From contig OX597815.1 in NCBI GenBank assembly GCA_951406725.2, positions 22,816,001 through 22,880,000 on the forward strand: a stretch of DNA of 64,000 nucleotides, read 5' to 3'. This DNA is from Octopus vulgaris. Its lineage: Eukaryota. Below, one piece after another: positions 41,201 to 55,343 of this stretch; position 1 is the first letter of the stretch; each line of letters starts with the position of its first letter. Under the pieces are notes generated by a model. The model did no database searches. It was not told the DNA's origin and was given only the letters and a program-made list of their open reading frames with translations. Made by a program: the position numbers and the translations under genes.

Positions 41201-44200
41201 TTGGGCAACATGCATGGGGCTTCCATGGCATACATGGAGGCTATGGTTTTGGTTCCTGCAATGAGGAGGGAACCAGGCTGCTGGAGTTCTACGATGCAAA
41301 TGATCTTATGGATTGCAACACTAACTTCAAGAAACCTGCCAGTCACCTAGTCATCTACTGATCTGGTAGACACACTAGCCAAATTGACTACATCCTTGCC
41401 AGAAAAAGGGAAAGATGGCTGCTTATAAATGCCAAAACCTTCCCAGGTGAAGAATGTACCCCACTACATAGACTAGTAGTTAGTGACTTCAGGATAGGGC
41501 TAAATAGATGCCCAGAAGATGACCAGCATGGAGGAAAAGGGTCTGGAAGCTTAAGGATCCTGCAAATGGACAAAGATTTAGAGACGTATTACTCAAAGCT
41601 TTTGACAAAATAGAGGGAGATATAGCTTCACATGATGTGGAAGACAACTGGAGGTTTCTACAGGACAACCTGCTGAGAGCCACTGACCAGATCTGTGGAT
41701 GGTGCAAAGTCTCCTCTTGACCTAAGATAATGTGGTGGTGGAACAATGTTGTTAACAGAGCCATTAGGGGAAAAAAACAGGCTTGGAAGGACTGGAAGAA
41801 TGGTGATAGACTGCCAGAAGGGAAGCTAGGAGACAGGTTTATTTAGCCAGAGAGGAACCAGATAAGAAAAAATTTGCCAATGTTCTGTGCCATGAGAACC
41901 AAGGACTTAAGGTATTTCATGTTGCAAGACAGTGTGTGAGAGAGAATCGTGATGTTGTAGGAGAGAAATGTGTCCGCATGGATGATGGTTCGCTTGCATT
42001 AAACAAGGCTGCAAAGAGAGACACCACTATGAAAGTACATTATTAACATTATTTACATCTGACAGATATTTGTCTTCATCTTGTTTGTTAACAACAAATA
42101 TCCATCAAATGTAAATAATGTACATGATTCCTCATTTCTTAAATATAGAATTCCACTACGAAAGGTTGCTAAATAAAGAGAATGAATGGGAGAAAGAGAG
42201 TCTGCCAAATGCAGACCCAACAGAGGAACCAGCTATCCAAATTGACAGCACCTTGGTAGATAAAGCAATTAAGGGTATGAGACAGGAAAAGCCCTCGGCC
42301 CATCAGGAATCACTGCAGAGATGCTCAAAATATCTGGTGGTGTCAGCTATAGCCTAGTCACCCATATAGTCAACCAAGTGATACATGAAGGATCATACCT
42401 AATGACTGGCATAGCAGCACCATAGTCAACTGCTACAAAGGTAAAGGTGATGCTTTAGATACAATTAATTACAGAGGTATCAAGTTGTTGGATCAGGTAA
42501 TGAAGGTCATTGAGAGGGTCATAGCCCAACTAATTAGGGAGAGAGTTAGTCTAGATGAGATGCAGTTTTGGTTCATGCCTCTGGTAAAACAGCTATAAGA
42601 GAAATACCTAACCAAAGATAAACCTCTGTACCTAGCTTTCATTGACATGGAAAAAGCTTTTGACAAGGCCCCCTTATCCCTTATATGGTGGTCAATGAGG
42701 AAACTAGGGATAGATGAATGTTTAGTGAGAGCTGTGCAAGCCATGTACAGGGATGCTGTCAGTAAGGTGAGGGTTGGTAATGAGTACAGTGAAGAATTCG
42801 TGTAGGAGTCCACCATGGATCAGTCCCCTCTTATTCATCATAAGAGAGGCAATAACAGAGGAATTCAAGACAGGATGCCTCTGGGAGCTCCTCTATGCTG
42901 ATGACCTTGCTCTAATTGCTGAGTTACTACAAGAACTAGAGGAAAAGTTTCAGGTGTGGAAACAAGGATTAGAATCGAAGGGCCTTAGAGTCAACCAAGC
43001 TAAAACCAGTCTTAATAAATAGAAAGGCAGACAAACCACAAATATCTTCAGGTAGATGGCCCTGCTCAATCTGTAGAAAAGGCGTAGGTAGAAACTCCAT
43101 AGGATATACCCAGTGTAAGCTATGGACACATAAGAGGTGCAGCAATATCAAAAGAAGGCTAACTAGGAAGATAGTTTTTGTATGTGGCAAATGCTCAGGA
43201 GCAATAAACACTGAAAATGTGCAGAAAACAGCTTCCATCACATTCCAGAGGGAAAAACTACAAGTATTTGATAGTATCTGTTAACTAGGTGACCAAGTCA
43301 GTAGCAAGAGTGAATGCTCTGAAAGTGTAACTGCTAGAACAGCCTGAGCAAAGTTCAGAGAGCTCCTACCTCTGCTAGTGACAAATGGCCTCTCACTCAG
43401 AGTAAAAGGTAGACTATGACGCATGTGTACGAACAGCCATGCTACATAGCAGTGAAAAATGGGCTGTGACTGCTGAGGACATGAGTAAGCTTGCAAGGAA
43501 TGAAGCCAGTATGCTTGAAGAATGACCTTGGAACATTGGGCCTCACCAAGGCAATGACTAGTGACCAAGACCTTTGGAGATATGTTGTGCTAAAGAAGAC
43601 CATAACCCATGACCTATGCCAGTGGTGTATAACCAGCCCAGTTATGAGTACCCTTACTTCATTGGACAATAAACTTTGCTTGCAACGACCTGTTGAGGCA
43701 AGTGAAATCAAAATTGCTGACATGGCTGATGATAGTACCACCTGATTGGCACTCATGCCAGTGGAACGTTAAAAGCACCATCCAAGTGTGATTGTTGCCA
43801 GGGCTGCTGAATGGTTCTTGTGCCGGTGGCATGTAAAAAGCACCATTCGAGCATGAGCGTTTCCAGTGTCACCTTACTGACACGTGCTAGTGACATGAGA
43901 AAAACAACATTCAAGCATGGTCATTGCCAGTGCCACTGGACTGGCTTCCATGCAGGTGGCACGTAAAAAACACCTTTTGAGCGTGGTCATTGCCAGTACT
44001 ACCTGATTGTTCCTCATGCTGGTGGCACATAAAAGCACCCACTACACTCTGGGAGTGGTTCGCATTAGGAAGAGCATCCAGCTGCAGAAACTTTGCCAGA
44101 TCAAGACTGGAGCTTGGTGCAGCCTTCTGTCTCGCCAGTCCTCAGTCAAACCATCCAACCCATGCCAGCATGGAAAGTAGACTTTAAACGACGATGATGA

Positions 44201-47200
44201 TGTTGATACATATATATATATATATTATGTGTGTAACTATTCATTTATTAATGAAATATTATTATAATTGAATCAGTGTTACTGGTATTGATACATAGTT
44301 AAGCTGTTTGCAACCACATGGTTGTTAGTTCCATCTCAATGCATGGTACCTTTGAGTGACCAATGTCTTGTAAGTGAAATTTGATAAACAGGAAACTTGA
44401 TGTGTATGTGTGTGTGTATGAGAAAGAGACAGACAGACAGAACAAGAGAGAGTAAATGTTTCTGTACATGTTACAGCGTCACAATGTGAACAATAAAGTT
44501 GACAATATTTGTCTTTTGTCAACAATATGTTCCATAATTAATACTTTAGTTATATGTGAAGACTGTAGAAAGCAAATGAATAACTTAAAAATCAAATAAA
44601 GGTTTATGACAGGAAGTATGTCCTGCATACAAAATACTTATTTCTTTACTACCCACAAGGGGCTAAACACAGAGAGGACAAACAAGGACAGACAAACGGA
44701 TTAAGTCGATTATATCGACCCCCCAGTACGTAACTGGTACTTATTTAATCAACCTCCGAAAGGATGAAAGGTAAAGTCGACCTCGGCGGAATTTGAACTC
44801 AGAACGTAGCGGCAGACGAAATACGTATTTCTTTACTACCCATAAGGGGCTAAACACAGAGGAGACAAACAAGGACAGACAAACGGATTAAGTCGATTAC
44901 ATCGAACCCAGTGCGTAACTGGTACTTATTTAATCGACCTCCGAAAGGATGAAAGGTAAAGTCGATCTCGGCGGAATTTGAACTCAGAACGTAGCGGCAA
45001 ACAAAATACGGCAATGCATTTCGCCGGCGTGCTAACGTTTCTGCCAGTTCACAGCATACAAAATACTGCCTCCTCCATAACTCTCTTTCTGCCCATGCAA
45101 GCATGAGGAAATGAACTTAAAAATGATGATATAAGGATGACAATGGTGGTGATGGTGCTGGTGATGGTGATGGTAAAAAAAGAGAGTTTGGCACACCCAG
45201 TGAATCAACAGATGTTACAAGGGATGGATATGTTTGCGTTCAGAGCACTCAGCTGTAAAAACTGCCACAGTAATAACAACATACCAAACTGGGTGGGTTT
45301 TTTTCTATCTTTGTTTATGTCAGATAACGGATTATAGTGGATGACAAGATGAAAGAGAGAAAGAGAGAGAGAGAAAGCAAGTCATTAATTGTCACTTTGT
45401 CCAGCTTGAGTTAATCAATCCACCCTAAGTTATCTATCAATATCTATCTACCATCAACATCACGGTTTGTGGTTTCATCAATACTGATAATTAATGGTGG
45501 ATTATTGAGTCGCTGGGTGCCACAAGCCAGCTATAAATATTTGCCAACTGTATGCATCAGTACCAGCTACATAAAGGATATTTGTTTTCTCTGACAATGC
45601 ACGTGTGAACAAATGTGTGTATGAGTGCATGCATGTGTGTAGCTCTGTATGTGTGTGCTCATGTGTATATTGTTATATGTACTTTTAAAAGAGATACATT
45701 AATTTTGCAGTCAAGTTGCAAGAAAACTGAAAGCTAATGATTATAATTTCAAATAATATTTCTAAAGCCTTTGTTCTGTGTTCTAGAATAAGAAACACTT
45801 CTTCAATGTGTAACTGAAACAATTATTTCATCCATGCATAGAAAAATAGATGTATTTCGAGCATGATCGTTACCAACGTTGCTTCACTGGCACCTGTGCC
45901 GGTGGCACATGTAAAAAGATTCGAGCAAGGAATTTGCCAGTACCTATTTCTTTACTACCCACAAGGGGCTAAACATAGAGTGGACAAACAAGGACAGACA
46001 CACGGATTAAGTCAATTACATCGACCCCAGTGCGTAACTGGTACTTAATTTATCGACCCCGACAGGATGAAAGGCAAAGTTGACCTCGGCGGAATTTGAA
46101 CTCAGAACGTAACGGCAGACAAAATACGGCTACGCATTTCGCCCAGCGTGCTAACGTTTCTGCCAGCTCGCCGGTAATTGCCAGTACCGCCTGACTGGCC
46201 CCCGTACTAGTGGCACGTAAAAAGCACCCACTACACTCTCAGAGTGGTTGGCATTAGGAAGGGCATTCAGCTATAGAAACTCTGCCAGATCAAGATTGGA
46301 GCCTGGTGCAGCCATCTGGTTTGCCAGCCCTCAGTCAAAATCGTCTATGCCCATGCTAGCATGGGAAACGGACGTTAAACGAAAGATGAACTAAACAAAC
46401 AAAAGAAGGTAGATGGTACATATGATTCATTTTTCAATGAGTGTAGGCATGATTGTGTGGTAAAAGGTTTGAGTTCATCCTTACAGGTGCAAAAACATCA
46501 TGTATTTACCATCATGTACATGTATTGACCTATTTCTTTACTACCCACAAGGGGCTAAACACAGAGAGGACAAACAAAGACAGATAAACGGATTAAGTCA
46601 ATTATATCCACCCAAGTGTGTAACTGGTACTTATTTAATCGACCCCAAAAGGATGAAAGGCAAAGTTGACCTCGGTGGAATTTGAACTCAGAACGTAGCA
46701 GCAGATGAAATACCGCTAAGCATTTCGCCCGGCGTGCTAACGTTTCTGCCAGCTCGCCACCTTGTACATGTATTTACCATCATCAGCATTTTTACATTTG
46801 CTTTTTCCATGCAGACAAGACTGTGTAGGACAAGACTGCTTGAGGCAGTATTCTATGGCTGAGTGCCTTTCCTGATGCTAACCACTATTTGTTTTTAAGG
46901 GAAGTACTTTATTCCACTGATCTTCTCACATTGAACCAATGAGCTACAGAACATATTGCTTATAGACATACACAAATATCATTGCACAAGTGATATCAAT
47001 GCAATGATATGCAAAGACCAACACATACACTGTACAGTTTCCATTTAGCAAATTTCACCAACAAGACATTAAACGCCCTAAGGCTATAATAGAATACATT
47101 TGCCCAAGGTGTCACACTATCTCCTTAAAAAAAAATGAATAATTACCATTTTCCCCTTACTGTTGTAAAGTTGTAAATTCCTTCTAAGAGTGTTAACTCC

Positions 47201-48632
47201 AATCATGATGTGAAGCAAATGAGATGAGAGATAAATCTCCCACCAGATTATTCTAGATAATCTTAACATCCAAATAGCTAGGTTAACTGAGGAAATGAAG
47301 AATTAAGGTGTCTGTCCAGCAGATTTGAAATGACAACTTACAAACAGGAGATTCAATACTTTACACATTTGGTCATCTTATTTATTCTTCCTCAGGGAAA
47401 GATGACATGTGTATGATAAAAACATTTTTCCGCTTAGCTCTGTGACATGCAGACAAATTCTTTATATTCTCAAGCACCATTTTCCCTCAACTTAAATCCT
47501 GTTAATTTTCCAAGGGCCTCCCTTCAAATGGAGTTGACTGCAGTTAAAAGTATATTATTCTCCTGCTCAAATATGAAGATACTGCAAGAGAGAGGAGCCA
47601 ACCATCCCAGACAACCATTAGGGTGGTTATGCAACACTGAAATACCTGATATTACAGAATCCATGCTATCACGTTACACCAGAATGTGGATAAACAATTC
47701 TTCTTAACAGAATTGTTAACTTTGTATATCAAAAAATGGAATAGTCAAAGATGGAATATGCTTGATCATAGGGTTGATGTAGGACAAAACAGCAACCAAT
47801 AAAGTAATCACTATAAGATAGCTGATTACTTATTTAATGACCACATAGTAGTAGACATTTGAATCTCAAATTTATTATGCTTTAACAAAAAAAATGGTGT
47901 ATTCATGAAATAAAATCAAATTTGGTGTTTCTCAACTCTTCTTCTCTAGAATTCTATCACAAGTGGGTAAATGGAAAAAATAGAGAAAGAACATAGAAAA
48001 AGTTATAAATGAAACCTACAGTCAACTTATTACTTGAAACCTCCAGATTATTCTTACAAGGCCATTCTGCACATTCTCAGAGAGGAGGAGTACAATTAAG
48101 ACATATAATTTGTTCTTTCCCATTCACTCTGCTGCTGCCACCAATGATGATGACAATAATAATAAATTTCAAAATTCCAAAAGTAATATTAATTATTCTA
48201 TGTTTGACTTTTGCTTCACATTTGCACAAGCTGGCTCCAAGTCTCACCCAGAGACCTCAAGAGACAACAAGTTGGAAGTTCATGTTGGTGTTATGCTTAG
48301 GGTGCCATATATTTGGTTTTGTACTTAGTGTTGTACTAGTGAATGCCTAAAAAAAACATACGAAAATTATGCTTGTTTTAAAACTTGAGATTACAAAGAA
48401 AGTATCTTGCGTAGGATATGAGCAGTTCCCATGAGCACTATCTTTTGAATTTCTGCCATTTTGGGGTTTCCTGGTATCTGAGTTAGGTAGCAATCAGCCC
48501 CTTTTGCTATCATTCCCAGGTTACCTATGACAACAGGTATTGTTTTAGTCTTCAGATTCCACATTTTGCTGATTTCTGTTTCCAGATCTTTATATTTTCT
48601 CAGTTTCTGGTAGGTCTTGACAGATACGTTTA

Positions 48633-48675
<43 letters not shown>

Positions 48676-51600
48676 CCATGCAAATAATAGCTATGTTTAA
48701 CATGCCAAACAAAACAAGCTCTCTGGTTTAACACCAACACTTGGCATTTGGGAACCTTTAGTGGAGTTCATAGTTACTTTGGAACAAACCACCCCTCTCA
48801 CAGTTCTCCCCTCCCCCTCCCAGTTTTCCTCAACCATGTTTGTTCTTGCAGAGACTGACTTGTCGTTTAACCCCAGATCAATCCTGATTTAAACAGACGT
48901 ATAATCGAAGGCCTTCCAGCCATGACCATTCTGTGTTTTCATGTATGCAGAGAACCTAAAATGGTATGGTTTGATTCAAGGGAGACTTGGTAGCTATTTC
49001 TAGGCATCAGTCACATAAATCTCACCACTCTCAGAAGCCCTGCAAATTATGGCAACTGCCCTTCCTCCCCTTTTTAACTTATGAAAAATAAAATTATACA
49101 ATTCCTACAGACACAAACACATAAGCACACAAATATATAATTGTGTATCTGAAATAAGAAATGAACTGGAAAACGTAGCCCTACTGACACCTAAACATTT
49201 GTAAAACCTCCTTACCTCTTTATTTTTCTTTTAACTATCCCTATATAATATGCTTATTACACATGGTCATCCAACTTGCTACAAAAAGCAACCAAGACTT
49301 CAAATCACTCCCTGCCAGTACCAGCTTGAAACTGCAGCACCTCCTATTTCCAGTCGATATTATCAATAATATTCAATATAATAAGTCCTTTTTTCTTTAA
49401 TTCTTTCTTTATACTTGTACATTATATATATTTCTTTATTGCCCACAGGGGGCTAAACATAGGAGGGACAAACAAGGGGATTAAGTCGATTACATCGACC
49501 CCAGTGATTAACTGGTACTTAATTTATCGACCCCGAAAGGATGAAAGGCAAAGTTGACCTCAGCAGAATTTGAACTCAGAACGTAAAAGCAGACGAAATA
49601 CCACTAGGCATTTCGCCCAGTGTGCTAACATTTCTGCCGGCTCACCGCCCTTGTACATTATATAATTGTATATAATATTATATAATTACATACTTGTACA
49701 TTATATAATCCTTAAGCTTCATTTCAGTAGCCATACTTACTTGTACTTGTACTAGTGACGGCGTTCACCTAGGGCGGGTTGAGCCAGCTTCTTCTCTGGT
49801 CCTAACGGCATCACGAACCATGACGGCCCACGCTCAACAGTCCTGTGCGAGGTCACTGGAGATAGCGAGCCGTTCGCGGTTCCATCTGTGTAGACTGACC
49901 ACCTGTGGACCTGAGAGTTCGGAGAGGTCCTCCTTTATCGTTGTTGCCCAGGTCTTCAGCTGCCCGCCCATGTGTTTGCGCCAGTTAGGAAGTGGAGATG
50001 GGAAGAAGACATCACGAATCAGCTCACCCTCTGGACACCGGGCCGCATGACCGAACCACCTTAAGCGCTGTTGTAGAAGCACCGAAGGAAGGGGCCGGAG
50101 ATTCAGGCGATGACGAAGATGATAGTAGCCATCCCTTAGTTTATGTCAAAAATACAAAAAATCCTTGTATAGCACTGAGCACTTCACAGTTCCAGCGATG
50201 TGGAGCATTGTATGAACAACAGTGCCAACCCCGGTGTTCCAGTGAGGGGTAGTGTTTCTTTTTGACTCCGCATGTGTTGTGCTTAAAAACGTGTTTATAT
50301 TCTTGAATGTGATAAAGTGTGGAATTGGATTATTATCCTGCTTCCTGCTTCGGTGTTGCTGCCAGGATTTGAAAAATAGGGCACATTTCCATCGCCCCAA
50401 CCCCCACCCACCCATTTCGTGATTATGGGGGATTTTGGAAAAACAAGGGGGAATTCATGGTGGATTTCAGTGAACAAATTAAACACACTACCTGGCAGTG
50501 GCTAAAACGTGAACCGATCAAGTTTATGTATAAATTTTCTTTTTATATGTTTGTTTCCTTTTACACAATATTAACCCTTTCTTTACCAAACCGTCCAAAG
50601 CCGCCCCAAAAAAATTTTGGTTAATGTGACCAAACCGCCCAAACCCGCCTGTATTTACCTATTCATATTTAAATGAGAATATCAGAGAAAATCTCTTTAG
50701 TACATTCGTGAAAACATGTATTATACTTCGTAAACAGTTCAACTACAGTTTTGTACAACAATTGAAGTGTAATTTTAATTCCGTGAATTTTGGGAGATTT
50801 TTTTCCAAAATTTGTTCCTATTGTGTTTTCAAAATTTGTAATTCTGACAAAAAATGGATACGAATTTCATTATATCAAGCAGCAAGTCAGAATTTGAAGG
50901 ATTTTCTACTGAAGACCTTCATAAATCTAACTCTATGACTGAAAAAAAAAAGCACGTGGTATTTGATAATGAATCTGATGTTTCATTTTCCGAAAGTGAA
51001 AACAGTGAATCCGAGAGCTCCAACAGCGATAAAGAAAATGAATTGGCACCTGAATGGAGTGAAAATTTAAAAACTGTTTCTTTCGGTGATTTTTCTGAAG
51101 AAACTGGACCAAGCCACAGACTTTCCCAGGAGAGTAAAGCCTTAGACTATTTCTTTTTACTTTTTCGAATGAGCCTATTTGAAACCATTACGGCGGAAAC
51201 GAACCGTTACGCTAAATGTAAACAAAGCGAAAGAAAGGATAGTTAGTGGTTTCCCACAACCTTAAATGAAATTAAGACTATTTTGCCATAAATATTATTA
51301 TGGGTATCAGAAAGTTACCCAGAATAACAAATTCTATCATAAAATTTTGTTATACCCAATTGAATATTAGCTAATAACCCATTTTCTATAACGATGTTTG
51401 AACAAAATTTTAATAATTTTATATTTTGTTGAATTTACCTGTATCTACCTGCAATTACAGTCACTTTGTGACAAAAATTATAGTATAGAATTGTTTGAGA
51501 ACATTTCATTAAATTATCTTCCAAAAATCACATTAATATATTGATAAATAAAAAAGTTATAGTTGTTTAATGAAACCAGACTAAATTTATGATTATGTTA

Positions 51601-54600
51601 GAAATTAATTGAAACACATAAGGGGTGTATTTTGGTCAGAAATATAGTAACGAAAGGGTTAAAACAACAACTAAAAATTTTCTGAAGCAGCACCCCTAAT
51701 AATTTTATCAAAGATCCACCACTGCTCCTTACCATCTTATGTGAGGAAAAGACATCATATAATATAGTCTTATATACCCTTAAAACAGAATAGTCATGGT
51801 TGGAATGTCTTTGATCATAGGTCTGTTACATTGTGATTGAACTGGGGTTAAACAAAAGTAACTATAAGTGATATAAGTCAATAAGAGAGCCATGATACGG
51901 CAGCAATTTTCAATTTTTCTTTCACCAACAGCACTCTGAATAACTAAATGTGTTACTGTACACCATTAACTTTTTAACAGTTTTCTTATATAAAATATGT
52001 TAAAACTGTTTTAAAATAGAGATTGATGCAAGTATTACGCTTGACATAAAAGAATACATATTCAATGGTACACATGCATTTAAAAAAAACTCAAGTTTTT
52101 TTTAATCTCTTGACACTTTCGGAGTTGCCGCAAAAACTTGCAGCACACCTACATACAATATATAGCACCATATTCACCATACAAGTGTGCTCACCATACA
52201 AGTGCGCTGTGACACAAGAATCAAAAAAAGATCTGCTCTCCATGGTCATGCTACTCATTAGAAATAGCATCTAAATCTTCCTCAAATGGTACCCTCCCAC
52301 CTCTAAAAAAGGAAGGACACATTGAACAATGTAGTAGTCCAGAGTACACAATGTCTAGAAAAAATACAAGAAAGCCATAGCTGGATTGCTTTTGATCACA
52401 AGTCTGTTTAATCAGGGCTGACTTATGGTTGAATAAGTTCAGCGCTAAGGTTGATTATTTATGATGAATCATTCAATACATGAAGGACGAATATGACAAT
52501 AAAACCATGACAAAAAATATGTAAACATTGATTGTCATAGTTGAGATGTTAGTGATTACAATGCTTCTGTTGTTTAGCAACAGGTCAGCTCAATAAAGCA
52601 AACCTATGATCCAAAGTATTCCGGCTGTAACCATCCTTTCATCATCATCATCGTTTAACGTCCGCTTTCCATGCTAGCATGGGTTGGACAGTTCGACCAG
52701 GGTCTGGGAAGCCAGGAGGCTGCACCAAGCTCCAGTCTGATCTGGCAGTGTTTCTGCAGCTGGATGCCCTTCCTAACGACGCCAACCACTCCGCGAGTGT
52801 AGTGGGTGCTTTTTACGTGCCACCTGCACAGGTGCCAGGGGGGTCCGGCATCGGCCACGATTGGTTGGAGCTTTTAACGTGCCACTGGCACGGAAGCCAG
52901 CCAAGGCAGCGCTGGCAACGGCCACATTCGGATGGTGCTTTTTATGTGCCACCGGCACAGAAGCCAGTCGGGGCAGCACTGGCTACAGCCACATTCGGAT
53001 GGTGCTTTTTATGTGCCACCAGCACAGGTATCACAACTACTATGCACTATGACAATAAGATGTAATGATTGTGTTTTGACCGCTACTTCAAGCAAGTCAA
53101 GTGACCACAAAGAGGATCCTTCCTTGGCTCATACTTATGCTGTTTGATGGTGGTGATAACAATTGTGATATTAATTAGGATAGGGCTATGTTATATGGTG
53201 ATGACCATTACTAAGTGGGTGATGGGATGATGGTAACAATACAATAATAACAAAATGTTAAATGAAGGAAAATTAAAAGTTTTAATAAAATATCAAAGCA
53301 ATGACTTCTTCCAATTCTCATTTAATTTTGTTTTAGATTGTTTCACTTATTTTCCTAGATCGAATAGTTGTCACATTTGATTATTCGTAACTTGTTGGAA
53401 ATATTTTTAGTTACATATCATTCCCACCATCAACATCCCAGATATGAAAAGAAAATGACATCTATCTTCAGCAGGGCATTTCAAAGAAGGCTATGCTGTG
53501 TACCTTGAGTAGGTACACAGCTTAAGAACTTTAGCAGTTTTGAATTCATTTCCCTTTAATCAGTTATCAAAAACATTAAACTTGAGTGTTTTTAAAATGT
53601 TTTTAATAAAATATAGGAATTCTTTTACAATAATTCTTTTACTTTTTAATGGCAGTCATAACTTTTAAAAGGTCTTTATTTCACTCTTTCTGGAATTTTA
53701 ACATTGAAGGGATCAAACTATGATGGCGATTATAAAAGTAATAAAAAGGCTGCTTCAATTAAATTTAACAAAGTAAATAATTTATTTTAGTGCTAAATTT
53801 ATTTACTTTTGACAATTTTGTTTTATGTTAGGATTTTCTGCAAATATTTTTGTAACTATTGATATTTTCTTATAGCTGGAACAAGTTGTTGTTTTTGGCC
53901 CAGGTCAACTTTGAATGAACACACCTTTGGACCAAAACTATAACCAGTACATTTTGTTTTAGACACAGTTGATTTCAAACTATGTGTCCTTCCTTTTTTA
54001 AGTTTTTAAAGAATGTGAGAGCGAGACTTGGCAACTATTTCTAGTAGGTCAAGCAACCATATAGTGGTTCCTTTACTAGCTTATAATTCAAGTTGAAAGC
54101 CCTTCCTTCTTTCTGCAACACACTCGACTACTAGGTGAGAGTTGGTTCCAAAAAAAATTTAAACACGTTATCTCATATCAGTAACCCAGCATCTCAGTTT
54201 CAAAACCACAATATCTCTCTTCAGTCAAATCAGACAATGAAATATAATTTAATTTGTAACATTTAAAATCAGTAAATTATATTATCTTGCTTCAACTTTC
54301 TCTAACAAAAAAGTTCTGTCCTAGAAGTTACATCTTCTTTCTTTACAGCAAATTTATTCCAATATTTAAACTCATCACATTAAGAACACACACACACCTT
54401 CACTAGTTTCTTCAGACTCTATACCTTTGTTATCAAATATTGCCCTTGTTACGGATGTGCAAATGTAACTACTAGGGAACAGAACTAGATACTTGATAAT
54501 GCATAATCATACTGACACAGGTAGGGCAATAAGCAACTGATAAGCTTTAGAGCAGGTAACATAAGAACATATCATAGACAAGGATCAACACGCAAGATAA

Positions 54601-54710
54601 TACATAAAATCAGTGTTGCACCAAGTTATACATACATAAACATGTATATGAGTGTGTGTGTATGTATGTATGTATGTATGTATGTATGTATGTATATATA
54701 TGTATGTATG

Positions 54711-54758
<48 letters not shown>

Positions 54759-54793
54759 CACACACACACACACACACTCATTCAAACTGTGTT

Positions 54794-54824
<31 letters not shown>

Positions 54825-54993
54825 ACTCATACAAACTGTGTTTATATACATATACATACAGATACTTATTACTCTGTCTTTCATAAAATTAGTGCTTTAT
54901 CAAGTTATACACAAACATGCTTGTGCATATGTGTGTGTATATATATATATATATATACATACACACACACTCACTCACACAACCAACTGTATA

Positions 54994-55041
<48 letters not shown>

Positions 55042-55287
55042 CACATACTCATATATATACATATACATGTGCACGCAATTTTACATGTCCGCATAAACAT
55101 GCCTAAATACAATACACACACATGCTTACAAATGAAAATAAAAAGCACTCAATACATTGTATATTGTATAGAGTGTTTATTTATTAGGAACCATTCGATG
55201 ATTCATTCATTTGTAACAAAGACGTGAATCACCGATTGATTCTCAATGCATACATGCACACACACACCTATTAACATGCACACGGAT

Positions 55288-55343
<56 letters not shown>

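Noticed and set aside
53496-53520. Perfect 10-bp hairpin CTGTGTACCT-TGAGT-AGGTACACAG
   Set aside because: About one such hairpin is expected by chance in 64 kb; no supporting context.
54585-55106. ORFs rich in Y/I/H/T/C/V
   Set aside because: Microsatellite translations.
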